Origin: Octopus vulgaris
Lineage: Eukaryota
Reading direction: 5' to 3'
Assembly (NCBI GenBank): GCA_951406725.2
Contig: OX597818.1
Span: 128,526,001 to 128,590,000, forward strand
Length of the DNA: 64,000 nucleotides
A program made the translations under genes and the position numbers. This document shows, piece after piece, positions 1-14,115 of the stretch (its first letter is position 1; the number at the start of each line of letters is the position of its first letter). The notes under the pieces were generated by a model. It did not search any database. It had not been told where the DNA came from and saw only the letters and a list, made by a program, of their open reading frames with translations.

Positions 1-53
1 ACACACATATGCATATGCATGCATTTATGTGTATGTATATGAATTGGAGAGTG

Positions 54-118
<65 letters not shown>

Positions 119-121
<3 letters not shown>

Positions 122-790
122 CCACCCCCACCACCAATACCGATGAACACTGTTCTCACCCCCACCACCAATACCGGTGAACACTGTTCTCACCGCCACC
201 ACCGCCAATACCGGTGAACACTGTTCTCACCCCCCACCACCAATACCAGTATACCCTGTTCTCACCATCTACACCGGATACGCCTTACTCATCTACACCG
301 GGTACGCCCTACTCCCTCCTCCTCCCCCCACTACCCCTTCTCCTCATATGCTTTCACTGTGAAAAGACAAGCTGCTAGCGCCATAGCTCATCAACTGCCC
401 ACCGATCTTACGCTTCCTCCTGACACTGCCTCATTCCGACCATCCCCTTTAGTACCCTCCCGCCTCGTAATATCCTACGTTTTTATTTCTTAGGAACCTA
501 CACCAACCCTTCCTGCCATCGTTCCTCCTTACCCCAACCTTCCCCACTGGTTGCTCCCCTATATTACTCCCCTATATTACAACTGGACTCCCCAACTCAA
601 CTCTAGAATATCTGTATTTCTTTCCTCTACCTAATTACGTTACTCAGTGACGATAAATGCTGTGACTACAAAGACCCGGGCTGCTTTCTGCAGCAATTCC
701 ACATACCCCCTACCCATTCTAAGTACCCCGGATCCCCAAAGTACCCTGGATCCCCAAAGTACCCCGATCCCCAAAGTACCCCGGACCTCG
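119..790. repeat. C-rich segment with short tandem repeats (about 33 bp x4 at 120-270; 17-18 bp x4 at 721-788)
   Basis: Units ccaccaataccggtgaacactgttctcaccccca and aagtaccccggatcccca are directly visible; the segment follows a (TA)n tract at 59-118. Confidence 0.7.
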
Positions 791-1054
791 TTGCCCCCGT
801 GCCGCTGACACGTTAAAATGCTCGAACCGATCGTGACGATGCCGGACCCTCCGGCCCCTGTGCAGGTGGCACGTAAAAAGCACCCAATCCACTCACGGAG
901 TGGTTGGCGTTAGGAAGGGCATCCAGCCGTAGAAACTCTGCCAGATTCAGACTGGAGCCTGGTGCGGCCCCTGGCTTCCCAGACCCGGTCAAACCGTCCA
1001 ACCCGTGCTAGCGCGGAAAGCGGACGTTAAACGATGATGATGATGATGATGATG
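790..1054 (+). mobile_element. RTE LINE 3'-UTR copy with (GAT)n tail
   Basis: Matches 33100-33402, the 3' end of the RTE element: gcacc...ggagtggttggcgttaggaagggcatccagccgtagaaac...aaacgatgatgat. Confidence 0.85.
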
Positions 1055-1405
1055 ATATATATATATATATATGATCTTATATCTGAATCTGTGCTTAAGT
1101 GAAGGTGTATGAATATACATTGGAGTTTAGGTCTGTATATACACACATGCATGCATGCATACACGTTTACACACACAAAGACACACATTCATATAACATA
1201 TACACATACATAAAACATATGCACGTTCATACATACACACATACATGAATTACACACACTCACACACGTACACACATAGCAATAAGCAAACAGTTTTCTT
1301 TAGATTATGGCTTTCTAGGTTTAACTTCGTTTGCTCCAAAAGAATTCATATTGATGGCTGCAAACATTTGAAATGAAAATCATTCAAAACATCCATTTTC
1401 TTGCA

Positions 1406-1565
1406 TTCTTCTTCTTCTTCTTCTTCTTCTTCTTCTTCTTTCTTTCTTTCTTTCTCTCTTTCTCTCTTTCTTTCTCTTCTTCTTCTTCTTCTTCTTCTTC
1501 TTTTCTTTCTTTCTTTCTCTTTTCTTCTTCTTCTTCTTCTTCTTCTTCTTCTTCTTCTTCTTTTC

Positions 1566-1603
<38 letters not shown>

Positions 1604-1632
1604 CTCTTTCTTCTTCTCCTTCTTTCTCTTCT

Positions 1633-1683
<51 letters not shown>

Positions 1684-1712
1684 CTCTTTCTTCTTCTCCT
1701 TCTTTCTCTTCT

Positions 1713-1743
<31 letters not shown>

Positions 1744-1878
1744 CTTCTTCTTCTTTCCTTCCTTTCTTTCTTTCTTTCTTTCTTTCTTTCTCTCTCTCTT
1801 TCTTTCTCTTCTTCTTCTTCTTCTTCTTCTTCTTCTTCTTCTTCTTCTTCTTCTTCTTCTTCTTCTTCTTCTTCTTCT

Positions 1879-1915
<37 letters not shown>

Positions 1916-1968
1916 TTCTTCTTCTTCTTCTTCTTCTTCTTCTTCTTCTTCTTCTTCTTCTTCTTCTT
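1406..1968. repeat. Compound (CTT)n/(CTTT)n polypyrimidine microsatellite
   Basis: Direct reading. Confidence 0.97.
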
Positions 1969-2038
1969 TATATTTGCTCGTGTACTGCTGTTGTTGCTGC
2001 TTCTTTTCTTTTCTTCCACCTTCGTCCTTCTATTATTT

Positions 2039-2385
2039 CATCATCATCATCATCATCACCACCACCACCACCACCACCACCATCATCACTATCACCATCA
2101 TCATCATCATCATCATCATCTTATCATCATCATCATCAACACCACCACCATCACCACTATCATTGTCATCGTTGTCATCATCATCTTATCTTCACTATCA
2201 TCATCATCATCATCAGCAGCAGCAGCAACAACGTTGTCACTGTCATCATTATCAGTAATATGTACACAATCTGCTTATCAACATCAACAACAATCTCAAT
2301 ATTATTGTTGCCAATATAACCATACAACCATCAATTGATCCTCATCATCATCATCATCAAAATCATCCTCATCATAAACATCATC

Positions 2386-2417
<32 letters not shown>

Positions 2418-2438
2418 CAAAATCATCCTCATCATAAA

Positions 2439-2485
<47 letters not shown>

Positions 2486-2505
2486 TCATCCTCATCATAA
2501 ACATT

Positions 2506-2558
<53 letters not shown>

Positions 2559-2760
2559 AAACATCATCATCATCATCATCATCATCTCATCATAAACATC
2601 ATCAAAATCATCATCAAAATCATCAAAATCATAAACATCATCATCATTGACATCACCATCATCATTGTTGTTGTCATCCTCCTCATTATCATCCCCACCA
2701 CCATCACTATCACCACAAGTAATACCACCACCAATGACAACAACAGCAACATCATCAACA
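2039..2760. repeat. Imperfect (CAT)n/(CAC)n microsatellite with a higher-order unit aaaatcatcctcatcataaa
   Basis: Direct reading. Confidence 0.95.
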
Positions 2761-2986
2761 GTGGACTGTCATAAAATAAATACAAAATATATACCCACAC
2801 ACATACATGTGCATGCAAGCGCACACACACGCACACATCCACACGCACACATGCACATACACATACACACATACACACATGTGTATAGTAAAATAAAACG
2901 AAATATAACCAAAAGATTAAAAACAACCGAATCAAAAATCATTTTCAAACCTACTGCCATCTTGTTTATTCATTTATGTATTTATT

Positions 2987-3021
<35 letters not shown>

Positions 3022-3407
3022 GGTTATTTTGTTTTGTTTTTGCAACAGAGCACTGAAATAATTGCTAGGAGATACATTTACAGAAAACCCATGTACATAC
3101 ACACACCACACACACACACACACACACCCCCTGTCATAAAATTATGCTTGCTCTAGAAAACGGCATTTGGTGTTCTCTCACTCCCACCTTAACCTCTGCT
3201 CTATATATTCAAATATGTGTGTGTGTGTGTGTGTGCACGCATGTGTTTATGTGCACACGCCTGTGTGTATGCACATGTGTATGTGTTTATGTGTGCATGT
3301 GTATATAAATGCATAGATATATGTATATATACAATCATCAGGCAATATGCTGTGCTTCAAAAAGACCTGTTGAGTCAAGTGAAATTGTTGTTGTGGCCAA
3401 TGACAGT

Positions 3408-3823
3408 ACCTATTTCTTTACTACCCACAAGGGGCTAAACACAGAGGGGACAAACAAGGACAGACATAGGTATTAAGTCGATTACATCGACCCCAGTGCG
3501 TAACTGGTACTTAATTTATCGACCCCGAAAGGATGAAAGGCAAAGTCGACCTCGGCAGAATTTGAACTCAGAACGTAAGGGCAAACAAAATACCTATTTC
3601 TTTACTACCCACAAGGGACTAAACACAGAGAGGACAAACAAGGACAGACAGGCTGATTAAGTCGATTATATCGACCCAGTGTGTAACTGGTACTTATTTA
3701 ATCGACCCCGAAAGGATGAAAGGCAAAGTCGACCTCGGCGGAATTTGAACTCAGAACGTAACGGCAGACGAAATACAGCTATGCATTTCACCTGGCGTGC
3801 TAACGTTTCTGCCAGCTCGCTGC
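3408..3823 (-). mobile_element. Two tandem copies of tRNA-derived SINE family C
   Basis: Reverse complement of 27883-28095; the tail tacctatttctttactacccacaaggg occurs at about 3407 and 3591. Confidence 0.85.
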
Positions 3824-3829
3824 CTTTGA

Positions 3830-4157
3830 CAGTACCGTCTGACTGGCATCCATACTGGTGGCATGTAAAAAGCACCATTCAAGTGTGGTCGATGCCATTG
3901 CCGCTGGGCTGGCACCTGTGTCGGTGGCATGCAAAAGACACATTTTGAGCGTGGTTGATGCCAGTGCCGCATGACTGGATCCTGTGCTGATGGCAAGTAA
4001 AAAGCACCATTCATGCATGGTCAATGCCAGTGCCGCTTGACCGTCCCCTGTGCCAGTGACACATAAAATGCACCCACTACACTCTTGGAGTGGTTGGCAT
4101 TAGGAAGGGCATCCAACTGGAAAACAGATGCTAAATGATGATGATAATGATGATGAT
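3830..4157 (+). mobile_element. Diverged RTE 3'-UTR copy
   Basis: aaaagcacc repeats, gagtggttggcattaggaagggcatcca and a (GAT)n tail. Confidence 0.75.
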
Positions 4158-5078
4158 GTTTTAACTGTATGTCAAGGATATTGCTAAGTCCACGAGATTC
4201 ACTTGAAATCTTTCAGAAATGGTATGCTTATGAAGACTGATTGGTTTTGAAAAGTATTCTATCTCATTGGAGAGGAATTTAAGAATTGCTTTGAGGGTTT
4301 ATTTTGTTATCTGAAGAACCTGGAATTGGTGTTGTTTCTTGTGAATCTTTGGTGGGTAAAATTCTTAGTTTCTGATGTTTGGTCATTTGTGAATAAAACT
4401 GGTATGCTTTAATTTTCTTTAGAAATGGATTAGCATTATTTTCTCTTTGAAATTCCTTTTTGTATCAATTAAACTAGACAGCGTTCCTTCCCCAACTTTG
4501 AAGCAATGTCAGTTCTTCATTTAAACATTGTTCTCTCCAGAGTTTAACTGTGATTTCAAAAAGAACACCTTGGGTCTTCTTTGAAATTTCGATTTCCATG
4601 TCTGTCAACAGATTCAGCTTTTTCTTCATTTGTGCTGAATCTAGGATGCGGTAGTTGAATTTCCATTTTACTTATTTCTATAGTCATCCTTTCTCTGAGT
4701 TTTCTTTGTTCTTCTGGTTCATTTTTGATTGGCTTTATTTGAAATTTTCTGGGAAAAATAATTGGGGTTGTATTTAACCAATTTTCATTAACATTTACTT
4801 TGAAATTGTTCTTTAACAAATTCCAAAATGCAAATTTTAGGGTTGTGAGGTTCTCATTCCAGAGATGACTTAAACTTTGTTTGATCAAGTATGTTTATTA
4901 ATCCAGATTGGTATTGTTGATTTCTTGATTCGAATTTATAATTCACAGCACAGCTCCATATCCAATACACTTTTGAAAATCTGATGTGAAACCAGTCCAG
5001 TGTATTCCTATATTTTAAAATACTAAATTCTAATTAATTGTAATATATTCTCTGTGCATTTTCAACCTATTTTCACAT

Positions 5079-5193
5079 GCATACATACATACATACATAC
5101 ATACATACATACATACATACATACATACATACATACATACATAAATATACATACATACATACATACATACATACATACATACATAAATATACA

Positions 5194-5227
<34 letters not shown>

Positions 5228-5419
5228 CATACATACATACATAAATATACATACATACATACATACATACATACATACATACATACATACATAAATATAC
5301 ATACATACATACATACATATATACATACATACATACATACATACATACATACATACATACATACATACATACATACATACATAAATATACATACATACAT
5401 ACATACATACATACATACA

Positions 5420-5451
<32 letters not shown>

Positions 5452-5583
5452 CATACATACATACATACATACATACATACATACATACATACATACATAC
5501 ATACATACATACATACATACATACATACATACATACATACATACATACATACATAAATATACATACATACATACATACATATA

Positions 5584-5617
<34 letters not shown>

Positions 5618-5686
5618 CATACATACATACATACATACATACATAAATATACATACATACATACATACATACATACATACATAAAT

Positions 5687-5717
<31 letters not shown>

Positions 5718-5786
5718 CATACATACATACATACATACATACATACATACATACATACATACATACATACATAAATATACATATAT
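5079..5786. repeat. (CATA)n microsatellite, about 700 bp
   Basis: Direct reading. Confidence 0.98.
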
Positions 5787-5953
5787 ATTCTCAAGATTCA
5801 AAAATTTTCCAAAATTAACATGACATTAAGAAAAAGATTGATTGATTACCTCCCCTTTTCATTTGTAATTAGTATCATATACAACCAAGTGATTGTTGCA
5901 CTTACACTGGAAGCAGAAATAATTTCAACAAATCTCAATAAATCAGGAATTTA

Positions 5954-6435
5954 CTTGGAATTCGCATCATCAGTTTGGAATCCCTATCTTGCTCAGAACA
6001 TTGACCTCCTGGAATCTGTCCAGAGACGTGCAACCATACGCATACCCTCCATCAGACACCTACCATATTCTGAGCGCCTTGTTTCCCTGGGCATGGATTC
6101 ACTGAAGCTCCGGTGTCTGGCGACGGACTTGGTAAACACCCACAAGGTTATCAACCACCTCACCAACAACAACACTGAACACCTTTTTGATCTCCATGTG
6201 TCTAACACACGTGGACATGCCTACAAAGTCAGAAAACAACACAGCTCCCATGACTTTCGGAAACATTTTTTCACGCTCAGAGTTGCTGAAGCATGGAATA
6301 AACTGCCTGTGTCAGTTGTTGACTGCCATGACACTGCATCCTTTAAGGCCCTCGTGCTTTCCGAAATCCGCCGAAACTACACCTGATTATATATACACTT
6401 TAGATGAGTTGTAGTGCACCTGAGCACTGTACACA

Positions 6436-6473
<38 letters not shown>
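5954..6473 (+). mobile_element. CR1-clade LINE 3' end (RT C-terminus) with (TTA)n tail
   Basis: LEFASSVWNPY...LESVQRRAT...YSERL..L....L..R...DL...TRGH..K...RKHFFTLRVAEAWNKLP is the typical CR1/L2 ORF2 C-terminus; stop at 6386. Confidence 0.9.
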
Positions 6474-6474
<1 letters not shown>

Positions 6475-6837
6475 ATAAATACCTCTCCATCTTTGGTGCT
6501 CAAATACATGCAACTGGCGTGTTATTTCCCTTTGCTAATTTTCATTTCATTTATTCATGTCTGTATTTCTCTATCTATCCATCTAATTTTCTATGCATAA
6601 TTCTCTTCATCTTTCTTCATTTTACTGCCTTCTCCTCTTTGTTTTTATTATCATACCAAAATGACTTTCACCTTAATCATCTTTTTCTTTTTCATTTTTT
6701 TTTTTGTCTTTTCTATATATTGTTAAAGGTGGGATGGTTCTGTAATTTGTTGCAGTTGGTTGTCTTGTTTCTGGTTGCATGGCTCAATATGCACTCAAAT
6801 ATACAGACACATATATCCATACGCACATTTTTTGTAT

Positions 6838-7213
6838 TAGTTAAGTTAAGTTAAGTTAATTTTTTGGCTCAAAAAGCAAAAAGCAAGGCCATGTAGGGGG
6901 ACATGGAGTTATGTACAGGGTGGTGTTCATGCAAAGAGTCCAGGCCATTTGTGGTCAAGGGAGACTTTGAACCGAGCGGTCGTCGGCATCTTCACTATCT
7001 CGTCCGGCAGCTTATTCCATGGATCCGCAACCCAGACGGAGAAAGCCCCTCTCCTTCGATTGAGATGAAATCATCGCAGATAGAGCTTTTCGGAGTGACC
7101 CCGCAGCCGACGCTCTGGAGCAGGAATGAAGAACAGCTCTTTCGAGAGGTTACACTTTCCGCTTATGATGTTGTGAGCAAGAATGAGATCACCACGGCGT
7201 CATCGTTTTTTTT
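6838..7213 (-). mobile_element. Second CR1-family LINE 3' end with (TTAAC)n tail
   Basis: Minus-strand translation RRGDLILAHNIISGK...RLRGHSEKL...RRRGAFSVWVADPWNKLPDEIV...FKVSLD, with internal stops. Confidence 0.85.
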
Positions 7214-9000
7214 CTTGTCACATGCTGAGTTGAAAGAAAGCCTGGTACACCAGGAAATTTTGATTGAAAGTGATAGACTGCTTGCTGGTTTAGAGGAATT
7301 GGAGCCGCTACAGTATCAATCAAGTGATGAGAATTAATCTCTGAATTAGTGATTACAGCATTTGTATCTTGAATCTTTACCACACTGCTGAATGGTATTT
7401 TTAGAAATACAATCAAGGATACTTGTGTGTGTAGCTGCAATGCTTAAGATATGTAAGCAATTTTCTGTGGGTTACAACTGAACTGTGAATAGGAACTTCA
7501 ACCAATCCAGATTGAAATATTTTCTGACTATGTAGAAGAAACGAGGGTTTTTTTTTTGTTTTGCTTTGGCATGCTGTTTTGGTAGTGTTATGTGTGTGTC
7601 TGTGTGTGATTCTGTAGAAGACCATCAAAGAGTTTTAGTTATGAGTAGAAGAATGTAGTATTGTACAATTATTAAGTGTTTCAGGAAACCAGAGCATTAT
7701 GCTCTGATTGGAAGAGAATATTTTTGCAGTCTCTGTTGATTGAAACTGAGGAATCTGGCATGAGAATCTGTGTTGTAAGTGGAATATTAAAGAAGATTAG
7801 ATAGAAGTGTTATTTGTAATAGAGAGTGTATTGTTGAGACTGACAACAGTAGTGTCATTCATATACAATAGGAAGAGTGTGATAAAATGTTGATAAAATG
7901 TATGCATGTGTATGTGTGCAATCACAAGTGTGTATGAATATTTACATTATATACAAACACATACACACACATGCACACTTGTATATGATAATAGTTTTCA
8001 GTATAGCTGCAGCCCATATGTATATAGTTTTATTCAAAATGTATGATCTTACAACATACATAAACTGTTTCAATGTTCTTGCTACAACATATCACCAGAA
8101 GTAAGAAATAACTAAAATATCAAAAATAAACAGCATATTTATAGAAGACAAAAATTAAAATGCTAACAAAGCAATATCACACATAAAAATATATAGCAAA
8201 TAAAAAATACTGAAAGAAAATTTTTGATGGTTAAAATATATTCGACAAATCTAATATCTGCCTCAATTATTATGATGTTGACTAATGGATTCTGAAGATG
8301 ATAAAAGTCACATCCCCACCCAAAAAAAAAAAAAAAAGAAAGGAAATATCAGTTTCAATAAATTTGATTGATGGATGGGGAGAAATAAATTCAAAAAGAT
8401 TATAATATAATGGAATATATTGAAGAAGTTATAATTGAAGAGATGCTTATAACACACATATTTATCTTAGTTTGTGTTCAATGCTTGAAAATGAGGTATG
8501 TGCTGCTATTTTGGTCAACTAAACTAAAACAAGCAAACTACTGTTTACATCAAATTAAATAACTATAGAAGCTTGTCAGTAAAATTATTAGAAACAAGTA
8601 TTCATTATGTCAGCAATAGAGCATTAATAATTGTGTCAATTAACTTAATCAATGAGGGTTGTCAGTATCTAACACTGAAAATAATTGCTGAAATTAACTA
8701 TAGGCTTTACTGATGTGGGAAAATGTAATTATTATAACAGCTATAAGAGTAATAGTTTAGGATGGTTCTTAGAACGTCAGTAAAAATACTTAACAGCATT
8801 TCTTCCAACTCTTTATGACCTGAGTTCAAATGCCATCAAAGTTAACTTTACCGTTTATCCTTTCAAGGTCGATAACTAAAGAACCAGTCAAATATTATAA
8901 TCGATTTAATTGATTAAAAAATTCCCCACCCCACCTCACCAAACTAATTATAACTACAATATATTTCACTGAGAAACATATCTTTAAAATCAACTAATAA

Positions 9001-9294
9001 GCACCATCTGATTGTGGCTGTTGCCAGCCTCGCCTGGCCCCCGTGCCGGTGACACGTAAAAAGCACCATCCGATTGTGGCCGTTTGCCAGCCTCATCTGG
9101 CACCTGTGTCGGTGGCACGTAAAAACCACCCACTACATTCACGGAGTGGTTGGCGTTAGGAAGGGCATCCAGCCGTAGAAACACTGCCAGATCAGACTGG
9201 GCCTGGTGCAGCCTTCTGGCTTCCCAGACCCCAGTTGAACCATCCAACCCATGCTAGCATGGAAAGCGGACGCTAAACGAAGATGATGATGATG
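9001..9294 (+). mobile_element. RTE 3'-UTR copy
   Basis: High similarity to 33125-33402. Confidence 0.9.
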
Positions 9295-9739
9295 CTATCT
9301 GTTAATCAAAATGGTCCTCATAATATGTTTTTAGTGAAAATGTATGATAATTTAAAAAATGAAAATGAAAATATTAAAAATCATATTTCTTTCTAAGCTG
9401 ACAAACTATATTGATAGTAACCAAATCCTCATTGTTGTTGTCATTGCCATCATCACCATTGCTGTTGATACTGTCGTTTTGATATATATACAGCCAGTTT
9501 CCATGGGTTGGAGGGAGTTCAATGAGGCAGATTTTCTGTAGTTGAATGTTCTTCAAGTCACCAACCTTCCCCTGTTTCCAAGCAAGGTAGCATTTCACCA
9601 TGGCTAGATATGCTTTGGTGGAAGACTGTAAGCAAATGACACCACTTGTATGACAGTAACACAAGTTTTACAATTATTATCTGATTTCAAAGCATGGAGA
9701 CCCTCTGCACCATATATGTATGTACATAAAAATAAATAA

Positions 9740-9989
9740 ATGCATCCTTTCAAAGCCTAGCCAGGCTCATGGGCCAGGTTTCCTGGTTTCTATGGTGTAT
9801 GTGTTCCCCAGCTGGATGGGATGCCAGTCCATCGCTGTATTACTCATTTTTGCCAGCTGAGTGGACTGGAGCAACATGAAATGAAGTGTTTTGCCCAAGA
9901 ACACAACACGTCACCCGGTCCAGGAATTGAAACCACAATCTTACGATCATGATGCTGACACCCTAACCACTAAGCCACATGCCTCCACA
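9740..9989 (-). mobile_element. tRNA-derived SINE (family D-related)
   Basis: Minus-strand head gtggaggcatgtggcttagtggttagggtg...ggtttcaattcctggacc with A/B boxes, followed by the ttgctccagtccactcagctgg core. Confidence 0.8.
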
Positions 9990-10109
9990 TATCTAAGTAC
10001 CTGCATACATATATAAATATACATATACAAACATACACGCAAACATACATACATGCATGAATTCATACATCCAAACATATATACATGCATGATGAATAAC
10101 TCGTGATAA

Positions 10110-11510
10110 AAAAATAAATATGTGCCAAGTACAGTTGGAAAATATCACAGAAACCTTGTTACAGTAAGGCTTGATTATAATAAAGCATTTAACTCTATCC
10201 CCATTCATAGACACTGAAGTTTCTGTACTTGGCCACCATAGTCTTTGCTATTGAAAGTCTCGCAAAGAATTGGGTAACAATTCTCACTCATGATTGGAAG
10301 CAGAATGATCATCTCCATTGTTATAAAACTTTCAAGGGGAATACTCCTAGTAGATTATCTCTCTGTATTTCTGGGTAAAAAGGTAAAGATCCCCTTCAGT
10401 CATGAATGACCATGGGATTGCACTTCAAAAATCTCCTCCAAGGCACAAGTCCAAGCAAGGTTGTTTATGGAAGGTCAGTAGTCCCCAATGCATGCCAGTC
10501 TCCTCTCTCCACACCACTGATGTTATTCAAAGGAAAGACAAAGGCCAATACAGCTTGGCACAAGTGATGTTGCAGCTCATTTCTACAGCTGAGTGAACTG
10601 GAGCAATGTGAAATAAAGTGTCTTGCTCAAGAACACAACACACAGCGTGGTCCAGGAATCAAACTCACTACCTCATGATTGTGAGTCTAATGCTCTAACT
10701 GCTGAACCATGCACCTTCATGAGCATTTCTGTTCATTTTGGCATTAAATTTTTTTTATAATTTCTTTCACAAAATGCCTATGGTTACATACTATGGTTTG
10801 GAATTGCTAGCGATTCTGATGTAATCCATAATTTTTTTTGTGGATGACCTGAAGATCTATGCTAAAAATGTTTACAGTGCCAAAAAACAGCTGGAATTAA
10901 GAACATTTTCAGCTAGCACAGGAATGGAATTTGGCCAAAAGAAGTGTGGTTGTTGAATATGGAAAATAAGTCTCCCAAACTTAGAACTTGTGCATCAATG
11001 GCTTCTCTATCTCTCCTGTTCCACACAAAGAATGCTGTAAATGCCTAAACATTGACAAAGATATGTAATACAAAGGTGCCATGAAGAAAGGTGGAGTGAC
11101 CTGCGAGTATTACACTAGACTTAGAAAAATATGGCAGTTGAACCTCTTGCTTTTACAAGATAATATCCCAAAATATATTTGCAGTACCAGTTCTGTTGCC
11201 AGCATTTAGGATACTTGACTGGTCTTAAGAAGAAATCTATTCTATAGACATTAAAACCTGTAAGATGCAAACATCTGGTGAAAAGTTCCATTAAGATATC
11301 AACAGACTCTACCTAAGAAGAGATAAAGCAGATATAGACCAGCGATCAGTGCAGACTGTCTTTGAATGTTATATAGTATCTATCAGAGGGCATCTGCTAA
11401 ACCCCAGCAGTAAAAATAAATATATAAATCAAGTACTGTAAAGTGGAAGTGAACAACATCCTGTGTCAGCAGTGAGTTCTTCTGGAAGAACTCTCTTCAT
11501 GATGACCCTC
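10110..11510 (+). pseudogene. Highly degenerate R4/Dong-like (RLE-clade) reverse transcriptase remnant, interrupted by a SINE at 10375-10716
   Basis: Fragments LDYNKAFNSIP, IKLSRGIL, LFILALN, FVDDLKIYAKN, GMEFGQKKC, FAVPVLLPAF, DINRLYLRR in the correct order. Confidence 0.7.
10375..10716 (-). mobile_element. tRNA-derived SINE family D
   Basis: Head gcatggttcagcagttagagc...gagtttgattcctggacc and core gtgttcttgagcaagacactttatttcac; same family at 33484-33720. Confidence 0.85.
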
Positions 11511-11589
11511 CTTACAATAGCAAAGCAGTTGAGCTCACATGCCTCAAAGAAGACCCAGATGTGAAATGCTCAACATACCAAAAACAAAC

Positions 11590-11729
11590 AAGTAGCTTGC
11601 TAACCAACCACATGATTCCGGGTTCAGTCCCACTGCATGGCATCTTGGGCAAGTGCCTTCTGCTATAGCCCCGGGCCAACCAATGCCTTGTGAGTGGATT
11701 TGGTAGACGGAAACTGAAAGAAGCCTGTC

Positions 11730-11764
<35 letters not shown>

Positions 11765-11975
11765 TGTGTGTGTTTGTGAGTCTGTGTTTGTCCCCCTAGC
11801 ATTGCTTGACAACCGATGCTGGTGTGTTTACGTCCCCATCACTTAGCGGTTCGGCTAAAAGAGACCGATAGAATAAGTACTGGACTTACAAAGAATAAGT
11901 CCCGGGGTCGATTATCTCGACTAAAGGCGGTGCTCCAGCATGGCCGCAGTCAAATGACTGAAACAAGTAAAAGAG
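11590..11975 (+). mobile_element. SINE family A (tRNA head, internal TA/TG microsatellite, gtaaaagag tail)
   Basis: Near-identical to 35611-36015. Confidence 0.92.
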
Positions 11976-13011
11976 CTGTTTGCCAAATACTTGAAGATGA
12001 TATCAATATTGACATGAACTGGCTGAGTCGTTAGCCAGGTAAAATGCTTAGTGCTATTTCATCCATCTTTCTGTTCTGAGTTCAAATACTGCCAAGGTTG
12101 TCTTTGTCTTTCATCCTTTTATGTTCGATAAAGTATGTACTAGTTGAATACAGGGGTCAAAGTAATCGACTTACCCCTTCTCCTGTACTTGCAGCCCCTG
12201 TGCCAAAATTTGAAATCAATATTGACATGAAGTCTTTCTTCAATTCACAATCACTACATCACGTCATATTTCAAAGGCTATGCAGGAGATTACAACAAAA
12301 TACTTACTAAACGAAAGTGACAATAAAACCCTTGGAACCCTAATATGTAACTGAAATAATAGAAGAGACATGCACACATGCATACACAATACACATGCAC
12401 ACACACATTCATACATCCATACATACACACCCAGACCACATACATACACACATGCATAGACACACATACATACATACATACATACATACACACAAACATT
12501 CACATACACATACATTTATTCACATATACATAAAACATGAACTACTTTCAGTTCTGTCTATCGAACCCTCTCTCTTTCAATGGCCTGTAACTACAACAGA
12601 AGACACTTGCCCTAAGTGCCATGCAATGGAACTGAACCTGAAGCCACATGGTTGTCAAGCAAACTTCTTAGCCACACAGCCAAGCCATATCTGTGCTTAT
12701 ATTTATTAAATTCATTTGGAAATAAATGCTTTGTTTTACAGAGTAAATAGAATCAAGCATTGATGGTGTTTTAGTATTCATTAGAATCAAACTAGACAAT
12801 GTTTAAAAAAAAAAAAAGAATATAAAAAGTCTGAATTAGTTACTATAATTAAGTCAATTAGGGACTGTTTGTACGGTATCTGATAGAAAAGTATAATTAT
12901 GTAATTATTTCAAGTTATCAATGTTGAATATAGTTATTAGTTTATCACATTCTCAATGAAATTGAATCTAATCAATCTCTCTATCTGTCTGTCTGTATAT
13001 ATATATATATC

Positions 13012-13290
13012 AGTCCGTTGCCAGCCTCGCCTGGCCCCCGTGCCGGTGGCACATAAAAGCACCATCCGTTCGTGGCCGTTTGCCAGCTCCGTCTGGCACC
13101 TGTGCGGGTGGCACGTAAAAAGCACCCACTACACTCACGGAGCGGTTGGCGTTAGGAAGGGCATCCAGCCGTATAAACACTGCCAGATCTGACTGGGCCT
13201 GATGCGGCCTTCCGGCTTCACAGACCCCAGTTAAACCGTCCAACCCATGCTAGCATGGAAAATGGACGCTAAATGATGATGATGATCATG
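13012..13290 (+). mobile_element. RTE 3'-UTR copy
   Basis: Near-identical to 33120-33402. Confidence 0.9.
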
Positions 13291-13299
13291 ATCATGATC

Positions 13300-13602
13300 A
13301 TGATCATGTGATCACGTGACTGACCAGGCTATCAGATGTTGCTCCACATCGCTGGTCACAATGCGCTTTGCATTGTTTTAGCCTTCAAATGATGCCACCT
13401 CGCTGGCAAAGTGAGCAGGCCAACATAAGACAGAGTGAGAGAAAGTTACAGCAAAAGAATACACCACCACCCCCTGCTGGAGCCTCGTGGAGGTTTAGAT
13501 GTTTTCGCTCAATAAACACTCACAACGCCTGGTCTGGGAATCGAAACCGCGATCCTACGGCCGCAAGTCCACTGCCATAACCACTGGGCTATTGCACCTC
13601 CA
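13300..13602 (-). mobile_element. tRNA-derived SINE, tail-to-tail with the RTE copy
   Basis: Minus-strand head gtggaggtgcaatagcccagtggttatggcag...ggtttcgattcccagacc; related copy at 44545-44830. Confidence 0.75.
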
Positions 13603-13619
13603 CTTATATAGTAGAAAGG

Positions 13620-13620
<1 letters not shown>

Positions 13621-13695
<75 letters not shown>

Positions 13696-14115
13696 GAAAA
13701 CTCACAGCTTATTTTGCTGGGTTTGATGGAAAGTGTCAGCTGTCCACAGCCAGCAGACTAAGGTGACACTTGTTTACTGGTCATGCTTCAAGAACCCTGT
13801 GATGAATTCCTGCAGTTCCAAGCAATGCTGATTTTCGTAGGTGTTCTACCTTCACACTTGCACCAATCTTTTTCAGTCAATGCTGGTAGTTAAGTACTGA
13901 AAACTTCCAAGGGCACCAATTACTATTGGCATCACATCTAATCTCTTCATTGACCACGACCTTCGTATTTCCCACTTTAGACCCCTTCGTAGTTGTATAT
14001 TTTTTTCTTCTTTTTTCACATTGATCTGTTGTCAAGGGGCATGCCACGTTGATTATCACATATGTTCTTTCTCTTTTATTCACCACAACAATGTCCTGTT
14101 TCCTATGAAAGGGGA
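13621..14115 (-). mobile_element. R4/Dong-like LINE 3' end (restriction-like endonuclease region) with (TAA)n tail
   Basis: Minus-strand RKQDIVVVNKRERTYVIINVACP...WSMKRLDVMPIVIGALG...RKSALLGTAGI; (TTA)n at 13621-13692 and an ATC/ATT tract at about 14146-14187. Confidence 0.8.

Noticed and set aside
1373-2595. Long ORFs encoding poly-F/L/S/H/I/K/R
   Set aside because: Translations of microsatellites with no protein-like complexity
4180-5060. Minus-strand coding-like remnant (also 7216-7860), possibly a Penelope ORF fossil
   Set aside because: Too degenerate; no diagnostic motif could be read with confidence
5030-5818. MYVC/HTYI repeat ORFs (also 14503-15614)
   Set aside because: (CATA)n/(TATG)n tracts lack stop codons by composition
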